Part shown: in pieces, positions 24,621 through 37,300 of the stretch | How positions within the stretch are numbered: position 1 is the stretch's first letter | Layout of the letters: every line of letters begins with the position of its first letter | Source of the DNA: Lytechinus pictus | Lineage: Eukaryota | Reading direction: 5' to 3' | DNA length: 64,000 bases | Assembly (NCBI RefSeq): GCF_037042905.1 | Contig: NC_087252.1 | Span: 18,726,001 to 18,790,000 of the forward strand | Notes under the pieces: generated by a model | What the model was told of the DNA's origin: nothing | Seen by the model: only the letters and a program-made list of their open reading frames with translations | Database searches by the model: none | Position numbers and translations under genes: made by a program

Positions 24621-27213
24621 CTCTGTATACCGTCAAAGTATACCCATGAGTAACATATTGTGGCAAATAAATCCTCGAATGGGTGCATACTGTGTAATTA
24701 ATATATATGGTATTTGATGGTGATGTTTAAGGGTGTTCCGTTATGTTGTGTCCTCTTGTTGGAGAGGCAATAATCTAGCTTAGTCCTTCATCTGTAAAAT
24801 TCTACTTGTTTGTTCTTTGTCTCACTGAGGAATTTCTGTTTGCCATAAATATCAAGAAATTTTAATTATATTATTTGCATTCGATTTGCGTTATAGAAAC
24901 TATAGCTACAATATTTGGAGATAGTTGCCATCAGTAGGAGATTTATCAAAGAGGAAAGAACAGAAAATGGATGCTTCATCCTGAAACTGCAACTGGAATA
25001 AGCAAGAACATCTAATCACGATTCATGTATCTGAGAAAGATGATTATATACATTTATCATGACTTTATGAATGGCTTTCACGTCGCTCGTATGGGCAAAT
25101 GCTCATTGGTACTCTTATTAACCATGCCCAGAGATCTCGTGATCCAAGCAAGTACTCATATTCACCACCAAGGCAAGTTCACTGTGCTACAAGGACCAAA
25201 TATTCGAAGCTAACGGGCTGTTGTTTGTACTGGGTGTGACATCTTGTGCTGATCACTTGACAATCCACGAGCTTGCTAGCGTGGTCTAGCAAGAAACGCA
25301 AAGACCCTACCAAGTCAAGAAGAGAGCAAGACTTGGATGGAAATAATGAAGCATTCAAGTAGTGGGACCCATGTAGAACTGACTTATCATTGCACAATAT
25401 GAGTGGAGTAACTGCTCATGAAAAAAGTCAATATCAACCAAGCAAGAAGTGTAGGGATGATAATCATGGTGACGGTTACACATAATCTACATGGAATTTT
25501 AGAGGGAAGTATCACGTGTTCCCTTGAATATTCACATGTATAACAGGTCGAATACTTATAGCATGATATGTCAATTAAATTTCAAACAAAGCGGATTATG
25601 AATGTATTAGTAGTTCTTAGTGATCACATCATATTGAAGTAGACTGAAATGTTTTCATAACTGTTTGTGTGAGGAAAATCTAAATTTCTGGATTTTTCCG
25701 TATAAGGATGCTCATTTATATGCAAATGAGGTACTTTAAGTCACAATTTTTAATCTAAAAATTAAATAAATTTGTTAAACTTATAACGAGCTTCCGTTCA
25801 ATTTATATTGTTTTCTGCACTTGATTACCAATATTTGGAGTATTTTCCTTATTGGCAACTTACTATAATTTTGTGATTTTCCTATACTTGTATATTATGT
25901 TAGGACTTTTAATATGGTGTTTAGAAAACCTTCCTGTAAGGCATTGCCATATTCCAATTTAAATAGATAATCTACTTGCAAATTTTGAGGCATGTATCAC
26001 CAGTGAATATTTATAACATGTTAGGTACTTATTTGCATAATATGCAAATTACACTACAGAAACTAAGCTTAATATAAATGTATTCAATGTCATTAGTGAC
26101 AGCAGCATGTCAATTTCAACATTAATGACATTTTCCAGCAGTCAGTGTGAGAAAAATCATAATATCTTGACATTTTTTCCATATAAGGATGCTTATTTTC
26201 ATATTATGCAAATGAGGTAGATTTGTTTGCACTTTTGATTAAAAACATTGGATACATTTACTTATCATGAATTATCGCTCAAATTAAATTGTTCCGGACA
26301 CTTAATTTGTAATCTTTGGACTATTTTCCTTATCTTCTAACTATTTATGGCTAATTTGCATAATATGCATATTTCAAAAATTTCCACTGCTTGGATTTAT
26401 TGGGACTTTAATATGTTGTTTAGGGGATCTTCCTGGAAAGCATTGCAGTGGAATATCCCGTGTTGCAATTAGTGGTAGGTCAAACCCTATATTGACTTTA
26501 CTAGGTACTGTTGTTGCCTTTTTGGACATGCAAAGTTGGAATTTGATTAGCCTGGTTAGATCATGGAGATTTCCTGTCAGCTCAGTGAATTCCCTGTCAA
26601 TTTCGGAATGATTAAAGGGGGTTAATATGCTTGTTAGTGCAGAACATACATCAGTGGTAGCAGTGCTGCATGTATGGCAACTTGGAATGGACTAAAAGCA
26701 CCACCGTTACATAATACACTGTGTATTCAAACCACTGAAGCGAAACCAATGACAATTTTGTAAAAGCTAGGACATGAGATGAGCTTCCTAATACATTACA
26801 TTTAATTATAAATATTTTTCACTTTTTGAAATAATTCAGCCGTATAACAAAGGGACATTTTTTTGGATGCGCTGCATTGCTGTGCTCAGGCGCTGCCCAT
26901 TTGTTTTTATTCATGGGGAATAAAATGTCCTGCAAAGAGTTAGAATGTATAAAAATAAGAATAGTCTAACATTTTATAGACGGGTCCATATTTTTAGAAT
27001 GTATGCTCGGAAAAAAGTGTCTTAGGTAGTTTATTTTAACCCCATCAAGGCCGGTGTATTTTGGAAGATCATGTGGCCGTCGATGGCGCGATCTCGCCGA
27101 AAATTGGCAAGCAGGTTGTCTGAGACATAATGTACAAAAATGTACAGTATTCTATTTCATGCAATTTGCTATTTAATATGCGTAATCAATACGCTAAAGC
27201 ATTCAAATAATAA

Positions 27214-27365
27214 ATCCTACCGGGTACCCATTCACCCCACCTGGGTCAAGTGCAGCACAATGTGGGTAAATTTCTTGCTGAAGGAAAACACGCCATGGCT
27301 TGGATTCGAACCCACGTCCCTCCGATTGAAAGACAAGAGTCGCTACCACTAGACCACGACGCCCC
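27214..27365 (-). mobile_element. tRNA-derived SINE, 5' part (CORE-like central domain)
   Basis: Minus strand has A box TGGTCTAGTGG and B box GGTTCGAATCC, followed by TCCTTCAGCAAG...AATGGGTACC. Homologous to 56190-56468. Confidence 0.85.
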
Positions 27366-27753
27366 ACTTTAATACTTGAAATTTTCTAATTTCGTAGCGT
27401 AGAAACCATTTATGGTGTTCTCAGCAAAATTCGATCGGATCACTTTTTTCTGTATTATATTTTTTTTGGCAATTCCTTATGTATTTCTTTGTTTTTTCGA
27501 TCTTTTGTTTTTTACAGTTTTTTTATGAACTTTGTTGGGAAACCTTTTGAGATCATAAGCAGCATAAAATAAATTCATTTAGACCAGCAAAGCTAAAAAA
27601 TTATCATATGAAGGTGGGCCCCAAGTCTGCGCACCTATTTAACTTAACCCTAAAAGGACTGGGGGCATGATGGCCCCTTCGACGCTTCGCGTGATATTTC
27701 CAAGACAAAAGAAAATAGCGCCGCAAAATTTTTAGGACTTTTTTCTTTGTAGT

Positions 27754-30700
27754 TATTGTATCGTGGGTTCTTGAACTAATATATATGTACAGTAACTGAA
27801 AGTAAAGGCAGAGAAACTAAATAGGTCCAGTTGCAGAGAAGTTAAATGGTAGACTCCCAGAATATCTTGATACCAAATCAAGCAGGCACAGCCTAGGATT
27901 GGAATCTCTAATAATAGGTGGTGAACAATGTATTACAGAAAGGTAGCTCCTGAATTTATACCATTAATGGTTGCCATGCAATGTCTGAATACAACATTCT
28001 CCTTCTTTTTGAAATTTGAAACGACTACTAGGTCATTACACTTCGGTTTGTTTACAAACATTGATCAAAGTATAAACAAATGAGTTTTAATCAATCATCA
28101 GTAAAATGAAGAGATCACTGTCAAAGGAAAAGTTTAAATGTGAATTTTGTGACATATGTCTTGACATCCATATTTACTATAAATGGAGCATAACATTATC
28201 AAATATTTCAACAATAAACTTCACTTTTGCTTTTATAAAGTTTTACTTTGATTTGCAACAAAATTGTAAAACTAATTCAAGATTTGATTTCTCACATCAA
28301 CTAATATAATATACCAAAAAGATGTTATCAAATCTTTCCTAGATTTATTATTTAATACCTCACATAATCCTGAAGGTATGTTGGTTCTGTCCTTACTTTA
28401 CTACTTCTCCTTCTCTCTTCTAGACCCCTTTCCCTAATATGTCTATCTTCAAGGTCTCTTTCTGTGACCTGTCTCTCTTCTTTTTCAGCAACAAAAGTGT
28501 GAATTTCTGTTGTAAATGGGAACAGATGAAAAGCGTTCCGAATTGTATAATCATCCAATTCAAATGTTGCTTTTCCTTTCTGTTTTTTTTATTTTTATCT
28601 TCTCCCAAAACTTTGGAGTACCTTTCTTTACATGTCTTTGCTTGCTTACTCTAACGAAACTTCCTACTTGGAATTCTGACACTCTAGCTTTTCTTTTAGC
28701 GTCTGTGTACTCTTCAGACTTTCTTTGTTTTTGTTTTACCCTTTGTTTGACTTCATTCTTCTTTCTTTCAGTCTTAACTGGCATTTTACCCTTTACATCT
28801 AACTTGGTTCTCATCTCCCTACCATGTAATAACTCTGATGGAGACAGACCTGTTACTTGATGAGGCGTAGACCTATATGCCAACAAAAGATTAACATGGT
28901 CTCTTTGAACGACCTTTTTCCTTCGATCATAGCATTTTGAATGCTAGACTTCAAAACCCTATTGAACCGTTCTACCTCGCCGTTTGCACGAGGGTAGTAC
29001 AACGACGATCTTACATGAGTGATACCATATTCTTCTAAGAACTCTTCAAACTCATGTGACACAAACTGCGGCCCATTGTCTGATACTAAATGGGTTGGAA
29101 TTCCCTCTCTACTGAACAATGTTTTGAGAACCTGTATTACAGATCTGCTTGTTACATTGCTACAAAACGCTACCTCAGGCCACTTGCTATGGTAGTCAAC
29201 TAATACAATTGCATATCTTTGGTCATGAGGTGCATTCTCAAAAGGACCAGTTATGTCAATTGAAATCTTTTCCCATGGTGAATTAGGAAATGCTACCGAT
29301 TGCAATGGTGCACTGTGTGTGCGATCTGATCTGTCATTTTCTTGGCAAGTGACACATCTTTTGATTGTTTCTTCAACGATTTTGTCAATATGTGGGAACC
29401 AGTATGTTTCTCTCAACCTTGTTTGGTTCTCACAATGCCCTGATGTGCTGAATGAGCAAAATCTACAAACTTGGCCTACAAATTGTAACAACTGAGCAGA
29501 CCAGCGTGCTATACGCATGGTTTGTCTACCTGTACCTCTATTACTCAACATGGTAACCAGTGCTTTATGTTCTGTTCTAAGTACAAAGTGTCTACCCCAA
29601 ATGTAAGTATACCACATGTTACAAGCCCAAACACAAGCTAAACTTCTTTTCACCTGTTGAGTATTTCCTCTCAGCAGGTGACAATGACCTGGAAGCGAGT
29701 GCTATCGGAATCTCCTGTCCCTCTTTGACTTGGGAAAGTACTGCCCCTAACCCATAATCAGATGCATCAGTGGTAACTACAGTATGTAAATTCGGATTAA
29801 ATAACCCAAGAACAATTCTCTTTGCAATTGTACTTTTGAATTTGTCATAGGCCTCTTGTTGCTCGCCCCCCCCCCCCCACTCAAAAGGTACATCTTTACA
29901 CAAGAAAACGTCTCATTCGTTCTGCAACAGTGGCATAGTTTGGTACAAACTTAGTGTAGTAGTTTGTCATTCCTAACACTGACCTAAGCTTACTAACATC
30001 TGTAGGCGCTGGTGCCTCTAGAATAGCTTGGACATGACTATCATCAGGTGGTAGACCCTTACTACTCACACAATGCCCTAGGTAATTGAGTTTTGACAAG
30101 TAAAACTGACATTTACTAGGGTTCAAACGCAATCCTGCGTCTTGCAACTTCTTCAGTACATTGTTCAAATGTTTGTCATGTTCTGATCTGTCCTTACCAT
30201 ACACGATGATGTCATCTAGGTAGCATTGAACTCCTGGTAGTCCTGCGAGGCTACTACTCATGAGCTTCTGAAATGTGGATGGCGCTGACGCTAATCCGAA
30301 ACAAACTCTCTTGAAGCGATATAATCCATCGTGTGTGATGAACCTTGTAAGATCGCGACTTTCCTCATCCGATTCGAGTTGATGATACGCTGACGCTAGA
30401 TCTATCTTGGAAAACACTGTGGATCATTCTAGCTCAGAAAATAGCTCACCGATATCAGGTAACGGATAACTATCAACAGCAATGGCTTTATTTACATCAC
30501 GTAAATCAACACAAAGCCTGATGCTTCCCGACTTCTTCGCGGCAAGTACAATGGGAGAGATCCATTCACTTGAATCTATTTTCTCCATCACGCCTTCCTT
30601 CTCCAACCGCTTCAGTTCTTGTTAAACCTGATCCTTTACAGATAAAGGTAACCTGCGTAAAATTTGTTGAACGGGCCGATGGTTAGCTTTGACTTTGATG

Positions 30701-32377
30701 CGATGTTTGAAGTTGTGCGCACATCCAAGACCTGGTGCAAACAAAGTAGGAAATCCATGTGGAATGTCGCTTGATGTAGATGATGTCGACTCTGGCGTTG
30801 GTGTAGGAGAATTACTTCTGACCATCTCGACGCAGAGCTTGCTGCCTTCAATCTTAAGCTTCAACTCGTCGAAGATGTCTAAGCCAAGTAATGCTGAACC
30901 TCTGTGTACGACGAAAAATTTGGCGATCATTGACTTAGCTCCAACCTTCACCTGTGTCTCAAAGATTCCAACTACTGGAATGTTTCCTTCAGAGTAATCT
31001 GAAATGCTGACGTTTGCTGGCTTGAGAGCATCAAATAGAAAGTGTTTCTTGTAGATGCTGAGCGGAATTACTGACACACTAAAGCCTGTATCAATAGTCA
31101 TGTGAACCTTGGCTTTCCCAGCGAGCTCAACTTCACACCTTGTTAGCTTTGTAGGGTGAGTGTTCACGGTTAATACCTTGGGCGTTTCAAGTTCATCAGC
31201 TCCATTTTGAACTTTGTGGACTTTCCTGCTTTTCCGGCAAACCTTAGCCCAATGTCCAATCTTACCGCAGCTGTAGCATTTACTCTCTCTTGTCTTACAT
31301 CTCTCGTCGAATGCTGCATGAGATGGACTTCCACAATTTCTGCAACTGTTTTTTTTGTGTTTTCTGCTCTGTTTTCTTCCTTTCTCTACCCTCCACTCTA
31401 CCTTCCTTCGTTTTCTTTCTGTGTAGTTCATACACCTTCTCACTGTCACTTTCATGTCCCTTGGTAATTGCTTTGGAGTCTCGCTGTGCATCTTCGATGC
31501 ATCTACTGAAATCAAGAACTTTCTGAAGATTCAAGTCCGATTCTTACAGTAGCCTCTCACGAATACGGGGATTGTGACAGCCTTCTACCACCTGGTCTTG
31601 CAACATCTCGTCCTTCAAGTTGGCAAAAGAACAATGTTTTACAAGTTCTTGCAAGGCTGCTACATACTGAGCAACTGTCTCGTCTGGCCTCTGTATACGT
31701 CGTCCGAATCTATATCTCTCAGCGACTACGTTGATTCGCGGAACAAAGTACGCTTCTATGGCTGCCAATGCCTTCTAGTATACATTGGTAGCTGCTTGAG
31801 CCCCATGAGCTGGGCGTGGCTCTGATGGTGAGGAAATGTCAAGTGAGTAAAAGATTCGCTGTCCTTCAGCTCCCAGACAGTGTAAACAGAAGCGCTTTCT
31901 TCCTATCTGGCAGAAACTCGCTGCCTCCTGAGGCTATGAGATAATTCTCGAATTGCTGGAACCATAAATTCCATGGAGTCGTCGGTTTTCCAGGGTTTTG
32001 CAGAAAAAAGAAGGCGGAGGTGTTGACGTCATATTAATGAGTAAAATCAGGAACAATATCAGAAACTATAGAGTCATTTGAAATTAATGAAAAGACATCC
32101 TCGTCGCCAGAATTGATGTTGTATCGTGGGTTCTTGAACTAATATACAGTATATGTATAGTAACTGAAAGTAAAGGCAAATAAACTAAATAGGTCCAGTT
32201 GCAGAGAAGTTTAATGGCAGACTCCCAGAATATCTGGATATCAAATCAAGCAGGCACAGCCTAGGATTGGAATCTCTAATATTTAGAAATGATCATGCTA
32301 GGTATGTGCACAAACACAATAGAGGTGGGGAAGAATATATTACAGAAAGGTAGCTAATGCAATCTCTGAATACAACA
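27754..32377 (-). mobile_element. Decayed full-length Ty3/Gypsy LTR retrotransposon
   Basis: LTRs 32117-32377 and 27754-27996; TSD GTAGT; PBS TGGCGACGAGGATG (32096-32109, complementary to the tRNA-Ser(GCU) 3' end); PPT AAAAAGAAGGAGAA (27997-28010). Confidence 0.95.
28352..32037 (-). pseudogene. Frameshifted gag-pol (two zinc knuckles, protease, RT, RNase H, integrase)
   Basis: CYSCGKIGHWAKVC, IDTG, YLDD, TTDASDYGLG and SDNGPQF...NGEVERFNR in successive broken ORFs. Apparent internal deletion between RNase H and integrase near 29480. Confidence 0.92.
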
Positions 32378-33354
32378 GTAGTCTCGCGCAACTTTTGAGA
32401 CCAAATTAGCGACATACAGGTAAAGCATCGTGACGTCACGTGACTTTTAACGAGGCAATGTCATGCCGAAAATGCCGAAAGTGTATGGGAAATGAAATTC
32501 ATAAAAGGGTGATTATTTTTCATTCTAATTGGTCTGCTTTATTAATGTTGGGTTTAATTTAGTAGTTAAATTGTCTGTACTAATTTCCACTGAAAAAACA
32601 ATGAAAAACATAAAAAAAATCTAAAAACAAATACATAAGGAAAAAAATTGGCTTTCGCAATTTTTCTTTGTAGAAACCTTTGAACTACATTACAAAGATG
32701 ACATCTGCAAAAAAAATAAAATTGAAGTTAAATCTGGTGTTAAATATGCAAATAATGTTTTTCATAATTAAATTTGCATGTTTTATTCATAATAAACAAA
32801 AAAAAAAATCAGATTTTTTATACTAGCTTGTAATTTGTGTGGTAAAGAATGTGTGTGCCAAATTTCGGCGCGATCGTGCGAACGGCGGCCGAGATCAGAA
32901 GGGGGGAGGCATGATGCCCCCCCCCCCCTTTCCTCAATACATCTCAAATAGCCCAGTCCTTTTAGGGTTAAGATTTAAAGTAAATTTCGTCCCCGGGCGT
33001 CGATAATTTGGGCTTAAAAGATGCGGGAGTCTTGATAGTAAAAGGCAACGAACGTAGAGCTCAGATTTTGTGACTGCTCTAAGGACCGTCTCTGTCTCAA
33101 CGAACTGTTTTAGTAGATTGTACAGTTGATTTTTTGTTAGTTTGTTGAAATTTGCTATTTCTTATGGATAATGAGAACTCCAAGAAAGAATGATAAATAT
33201 TATTTTCTGAATGGTAATGCATTGGTTAAAAAAATCATGAAATATTGTGGTTTGTACCTCAATGAAAATATAAAGACTGATGACATAGTACTACCGTTTT
33301 TATGCTGAATTTCGTTGCCCCTACCAAAACGACTGCACCAGCGAGCAACAAAAC

Positions 33355-33570
33355 CAGGCGCGTACAGGGGGGGGGGGTACACGATTTCAACTCCCCTCAG
33401 ATTAATTGGAAACCTTTTTTTCAAACTGTTCCTCTTTTACGAAATTACTTTATTTTTTTGTGAACCTGCCTTTTTTCTTGTCAAATTTCCATCGGGTGAA
33501 AACCTTTTTTCCTTGTAAAATTTTAATTCAGCTCGAACCCCCCTTTCAAATATCCTGCGTACGCTACTGT
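33355..33570. mobile_element. Small MITE
   Basis: Ends CAGGCGCGTAC..poly-G / ..GTACGCTACTG resemble the 12620 family. No TSD seen. Confidence 0.5.
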
Positions 33571-33623
33571 TAAGTGAACTATCAACGTGCGAAGATCTAT
33601 GCCACAGTTACTATTTCCATTTA

Positions 33624-34300
33624 CAGTGCGAGTCAGAAAAAAATGTTACACTCTTTAAATTAAGTAATGCTTAAAGATAATGTGGGATTTAGAGAAAATT
33701 ATAGCATGTATGGATAGAGTAAATAATTCTTTGTCACTTTGTAAAATTTGTTCCAGTGTTTTGTTATGGTTGAGTGCACAACAGTCTTTTTTTGAAAAAG
33801 TGTCAAAACCCATTTGCGCCAATTTAGGTGATTACCTGCTTGAAACAAAAGCTTTCACACAAACAATGGGCGTTTATGTGAATGTTTATTAATCAAGAAA
33901 AATAACCAAGAGAACCAGTAAATCAATATATCATCTTCACTGAAAAGTTCCTTTTCATTGTCGTTTTGGCCACAACTTGGACAAAGCTTCCTGCCTTCAA
34001 TCTTCCACATGTTGCTCTGATCAGGGACGTGAGAGGCTCTGACGATGCGCTGCTGCAAGTCATCCAGATCTGTTGGTGGGGTGCTGTACACTTCTGACTT
34101 CAGGTACCCCCAGACGAAGACAGGCAGACACTTCGCAGGGCCATGGCAGCACTGCTCCATCGAGCTCCGAAGTGCATCGAGAGAAATGGACAACATGTGA
34201 AAGATTGTATGTGGGAAGCTTTGTCCAAGTTTTGGCCAAATGGACAATGAAAATGAACTTTTTACTGAAGATAATTAATTGATTTAGCTGAAGAAAGCAT
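33624..34300 (-). mobile_element. Internally deleted Tc1/mariner element with transposase C-terminal remnant
   Basis: Starts TA|CAGTG. FVWGYLKSEVYSTPPTDLDDLQQRI (~34020-34130) is enclosed by inverted repeats 33920-34016 / 34190-34285. Confidence 0.75.
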
Positions 34301-37300
34301 CAACCTTACTTATCTTCGTTTTTATGAATTATAATTGGTATGGAAAGTCATTGAAATCGTTACTACAATTACAACGCAATATTCTAGGATAATACAGATC
34401 TAAATACTTAATATGTTTTAGCATGATATTTGATGTAAAAACTTTTCAAACAAAAATGTTGAAAAAGAGGAAATGAAAAAAAAAATCAACTCTAAAATGT
34501 ACAAAAAGTTCTTTGAGAGAGGGACGGTCCTTAGAGAGGTCAGAAAGTGACCTACACGTCATTTACATGTAGTGGAGACGCATTCTTTTTCACAACCGGG
34601 TTGATATTTTATGAATTATAAACATTATTTTGAGGTGACGGGAGTAATTTAACACGCCATTTTTGAAAGCCGTGTTTGAGATTTTAGGCAATATGAACAC
34701 CTGCATCCCTTTGTTACTATTCCCAAAGTATTTCACCCTCAAACATAGTGTGGCGCCTAAATTATATCTCCCAGGTATTGTATTTTAATTAATTTTCATT
34801 TTGATCCTTGGAAATGGGCTATTAGGCTTATAGTATAAAAATACCATCCAAAAAGTTTCAAAGTATCATATTGATTATTTTAAACCAGCATAACCTACAT
34901 ACAGCGTGTACAAGCTACACTGAATGTGCAGTGGAGCTAATAGTAGTGTGTGTTTGTATAGGAGATGCACACAGCAGAATGCAGTCAACACAGCCAACAT
35001 ACTTTTTCAATTTGAGAAAACTGTGCATAAGCTGAATGCGTCTTACAGACGGTTCTCAAAGTCAGGCTAAAAAATGCTATTTGTGTCTAAATTAGAGTTT
35101 TTCATTTCTATTTTATGATCTTTTTCATGATTTTTGAGGACAAATACAAGCACTCATATACATGTTTCATTTCAGTTTGAGAATCAGCTTCTCACAAAAT
35201 TAATCGATCACCTTAAGTAACATTTAGCAATAATTTTAAAGTTCTTTTTTGGAAGCCATCTTGTATTTTGGACATACTGGACCACTGAGTGTCCTCGTTT
35301 GGTTATCACAATGTATTTATTGACCCTTTGAATCATGGATTTGAAACCAAAATTATATTTCCTTAGCAATTATCAAACAAACTCTGTTGGTTTTAAGTAA
35401 CGACATCCATTTTAGACTCCTTTTTTGTGTAGTTATCTTGGATTTTTGGATAAACTGTCCTTGTAACCTGTCTCAATGTATTATATAATTTGAGATCATG
35501 AGTTAAAGACCGAAATCAGTCGGTTTTTCATTGACTGTAGCCATTTTATATTTTGTTGACGCCATCTTGGGTTTTTCGGAATTACCGGACAGCTGTCTAC
35601 TCTTGCGAACTGTATTATCTTTAATACTTGACCCTTAAAATGATTAAATAAAATCAAAATTAAAGACACCAAAATAGGCAATGGATGAAATCTGAATTTT
35701 TCGGCTGCGGCAGCCTTTTTGGACACCTTGGATTTGCAGGTACCCTGGAGAGCTTAAGTTCACCATTATCTTTACCCCTCCCCTTGGCATTAGAATATGC
35801 ACCGTAATAGGATATCAAGGGTGGATGAAGAGTTGGTTATGTTCACTTTTAATGAATGCCTACCTCCCGAGCTTAAAAATGACCACTTTCCCCTATGCGG
35901 AGTTTTAGTAGGCTTATGTTATTCCTGAGGTCAAATACACTCTAAAAACGAAAATTTGAATCAGGAAAATCAGCACTCCGAGGTGCAGTCACTATAGACG
36001 CTTTTTAGAGCTAAATTAGTTCTTCGATTTTTAGAGTGTAGCACTACAGACAGTTAACAGACCCTTTTTTGAAAGTTTTTGGGGTCACAATAGTGCAAAA
36101 AAAGTGTAGATTGGTGGTCAATTCGTTTTTGCCAATTTGAGGACTTTTACATCAAATTCAAGATTGGCAAACAACATAATTGAATGGAGTGCCTTCGAAT
36201 TATTTTAAAACACCTCTTTATTCAGTATTTGTTTGCCTTAGTCATTCAACTTTCGTAAATATGGACCTGACTGCAATGCTCAAGTTCGAATTACTTGTAC
36301 AGACCTCCAAGTTGGGGTGGAGATTCGGTAAGAATCTTACATACAATTTTGGGGTTTTTGATTTGCAGAATTAAAAATACGTTGACTCATCATTGAACGG
36401 TTCCCGCATACTTCGAACATTATTAGGCCCATGCAACGCACAGCGCTTCGCATCCATTCGTCCCTCAGCTTCTGTGAAGTTTCGAAGCTAACACGTTTTT
36501 CATTTTCGCGCTGTTCATAAATGTTTCGCGTAACTGTTAATCCTAGAATAAAAATGCCATTGCCTTTGAAAGTCGCCTTAAATTGCAAAAAAATATAACT
36601 AATTCAGTCTAATTTAGCGCCCATTTTCCTTAAAGGTGGATTCCAATGTGTATTTGAATAAATAGAAACACGGAAAATTACATAAGCCCATTACTAAAAA
36701 AAGTCATCAGATTAGGATGTGAAATGAGAAAGTTATGTATGAAATTTGATAATTCTTTACTTGTTTTCACAAGAGAGTCTCCTGCAGGGCCCTGTGAAAG
36801 ATTTTTTGATTAGGGGTGCTGATGTAAATATTGCAAGCACTTAACCCCCCCCCCCTCCAAAAAAATACAACAATGGTTTCACTTCGACATTAAAGTCATT
36901 TTGAAAAAAAAACACTCTCGTTTTCCAAATTAATAATTTGCCCTCCCCCCGCTTCCCAGGGCAATGGTCTCATGCACAGCGCGGATAATAATTATGCAAA
37001 CGAGAGAGTATTTAAAGCTCGTGGATAGTGTTGGTAAAGGATACAAAAATTCCACTTGAATGGATCTTTTCCATTGAATAACAATCGCTGATAATAGTTC
37101 AATGAGAAATTGACAGAATTTCTTCTTGGAAATATTAAAACTTTAAATAAACACTGAGAAATGAAATCATTTTCCTCGCTGAATTTAAACAGCATTTTGC
37201 TGAATTTACGAGCACTCACATAGCGCCCACTATCGTCCACGACTGATTTTCCCCCCTGTTCGTCGATCGCTGGCCATTCCACTTTTACCAACCCGAAATA

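Larger units (their letters stand above)
14475..26503. mobile_element. Large decayed DNA transposon with ~0.75-kb TIRs (TAG...CTA termini, possibly Academ-like), hosting nested insertions
   Basis: 14475-14552 plus 23010-~23700 is the reverse complement of ~25720-26503 (TAGTAAAGTCAATATAGGGTTTGACC... / ...GGTCAAACCCTATATTGACTTTACTA). No TSD seen. Confidence 0.8.
27648..32967 (+). mobile_element. piggyBac-like MITE split by a Gypsy insertion
   Basis: TTAA flanks and TIR CCCTAAAAGGACTGGG / CCCAGTCCTTTTAGGG. An uninterrupted sister copy lies at 53254-53971. Confidence 0.9.

Noticed and set aside
27290..27365. tRNA gene (also ~56395-56468)
   Set aside because: A and B boxes are present, but there is no acceptor stem and the sequence continues into a SINE body.
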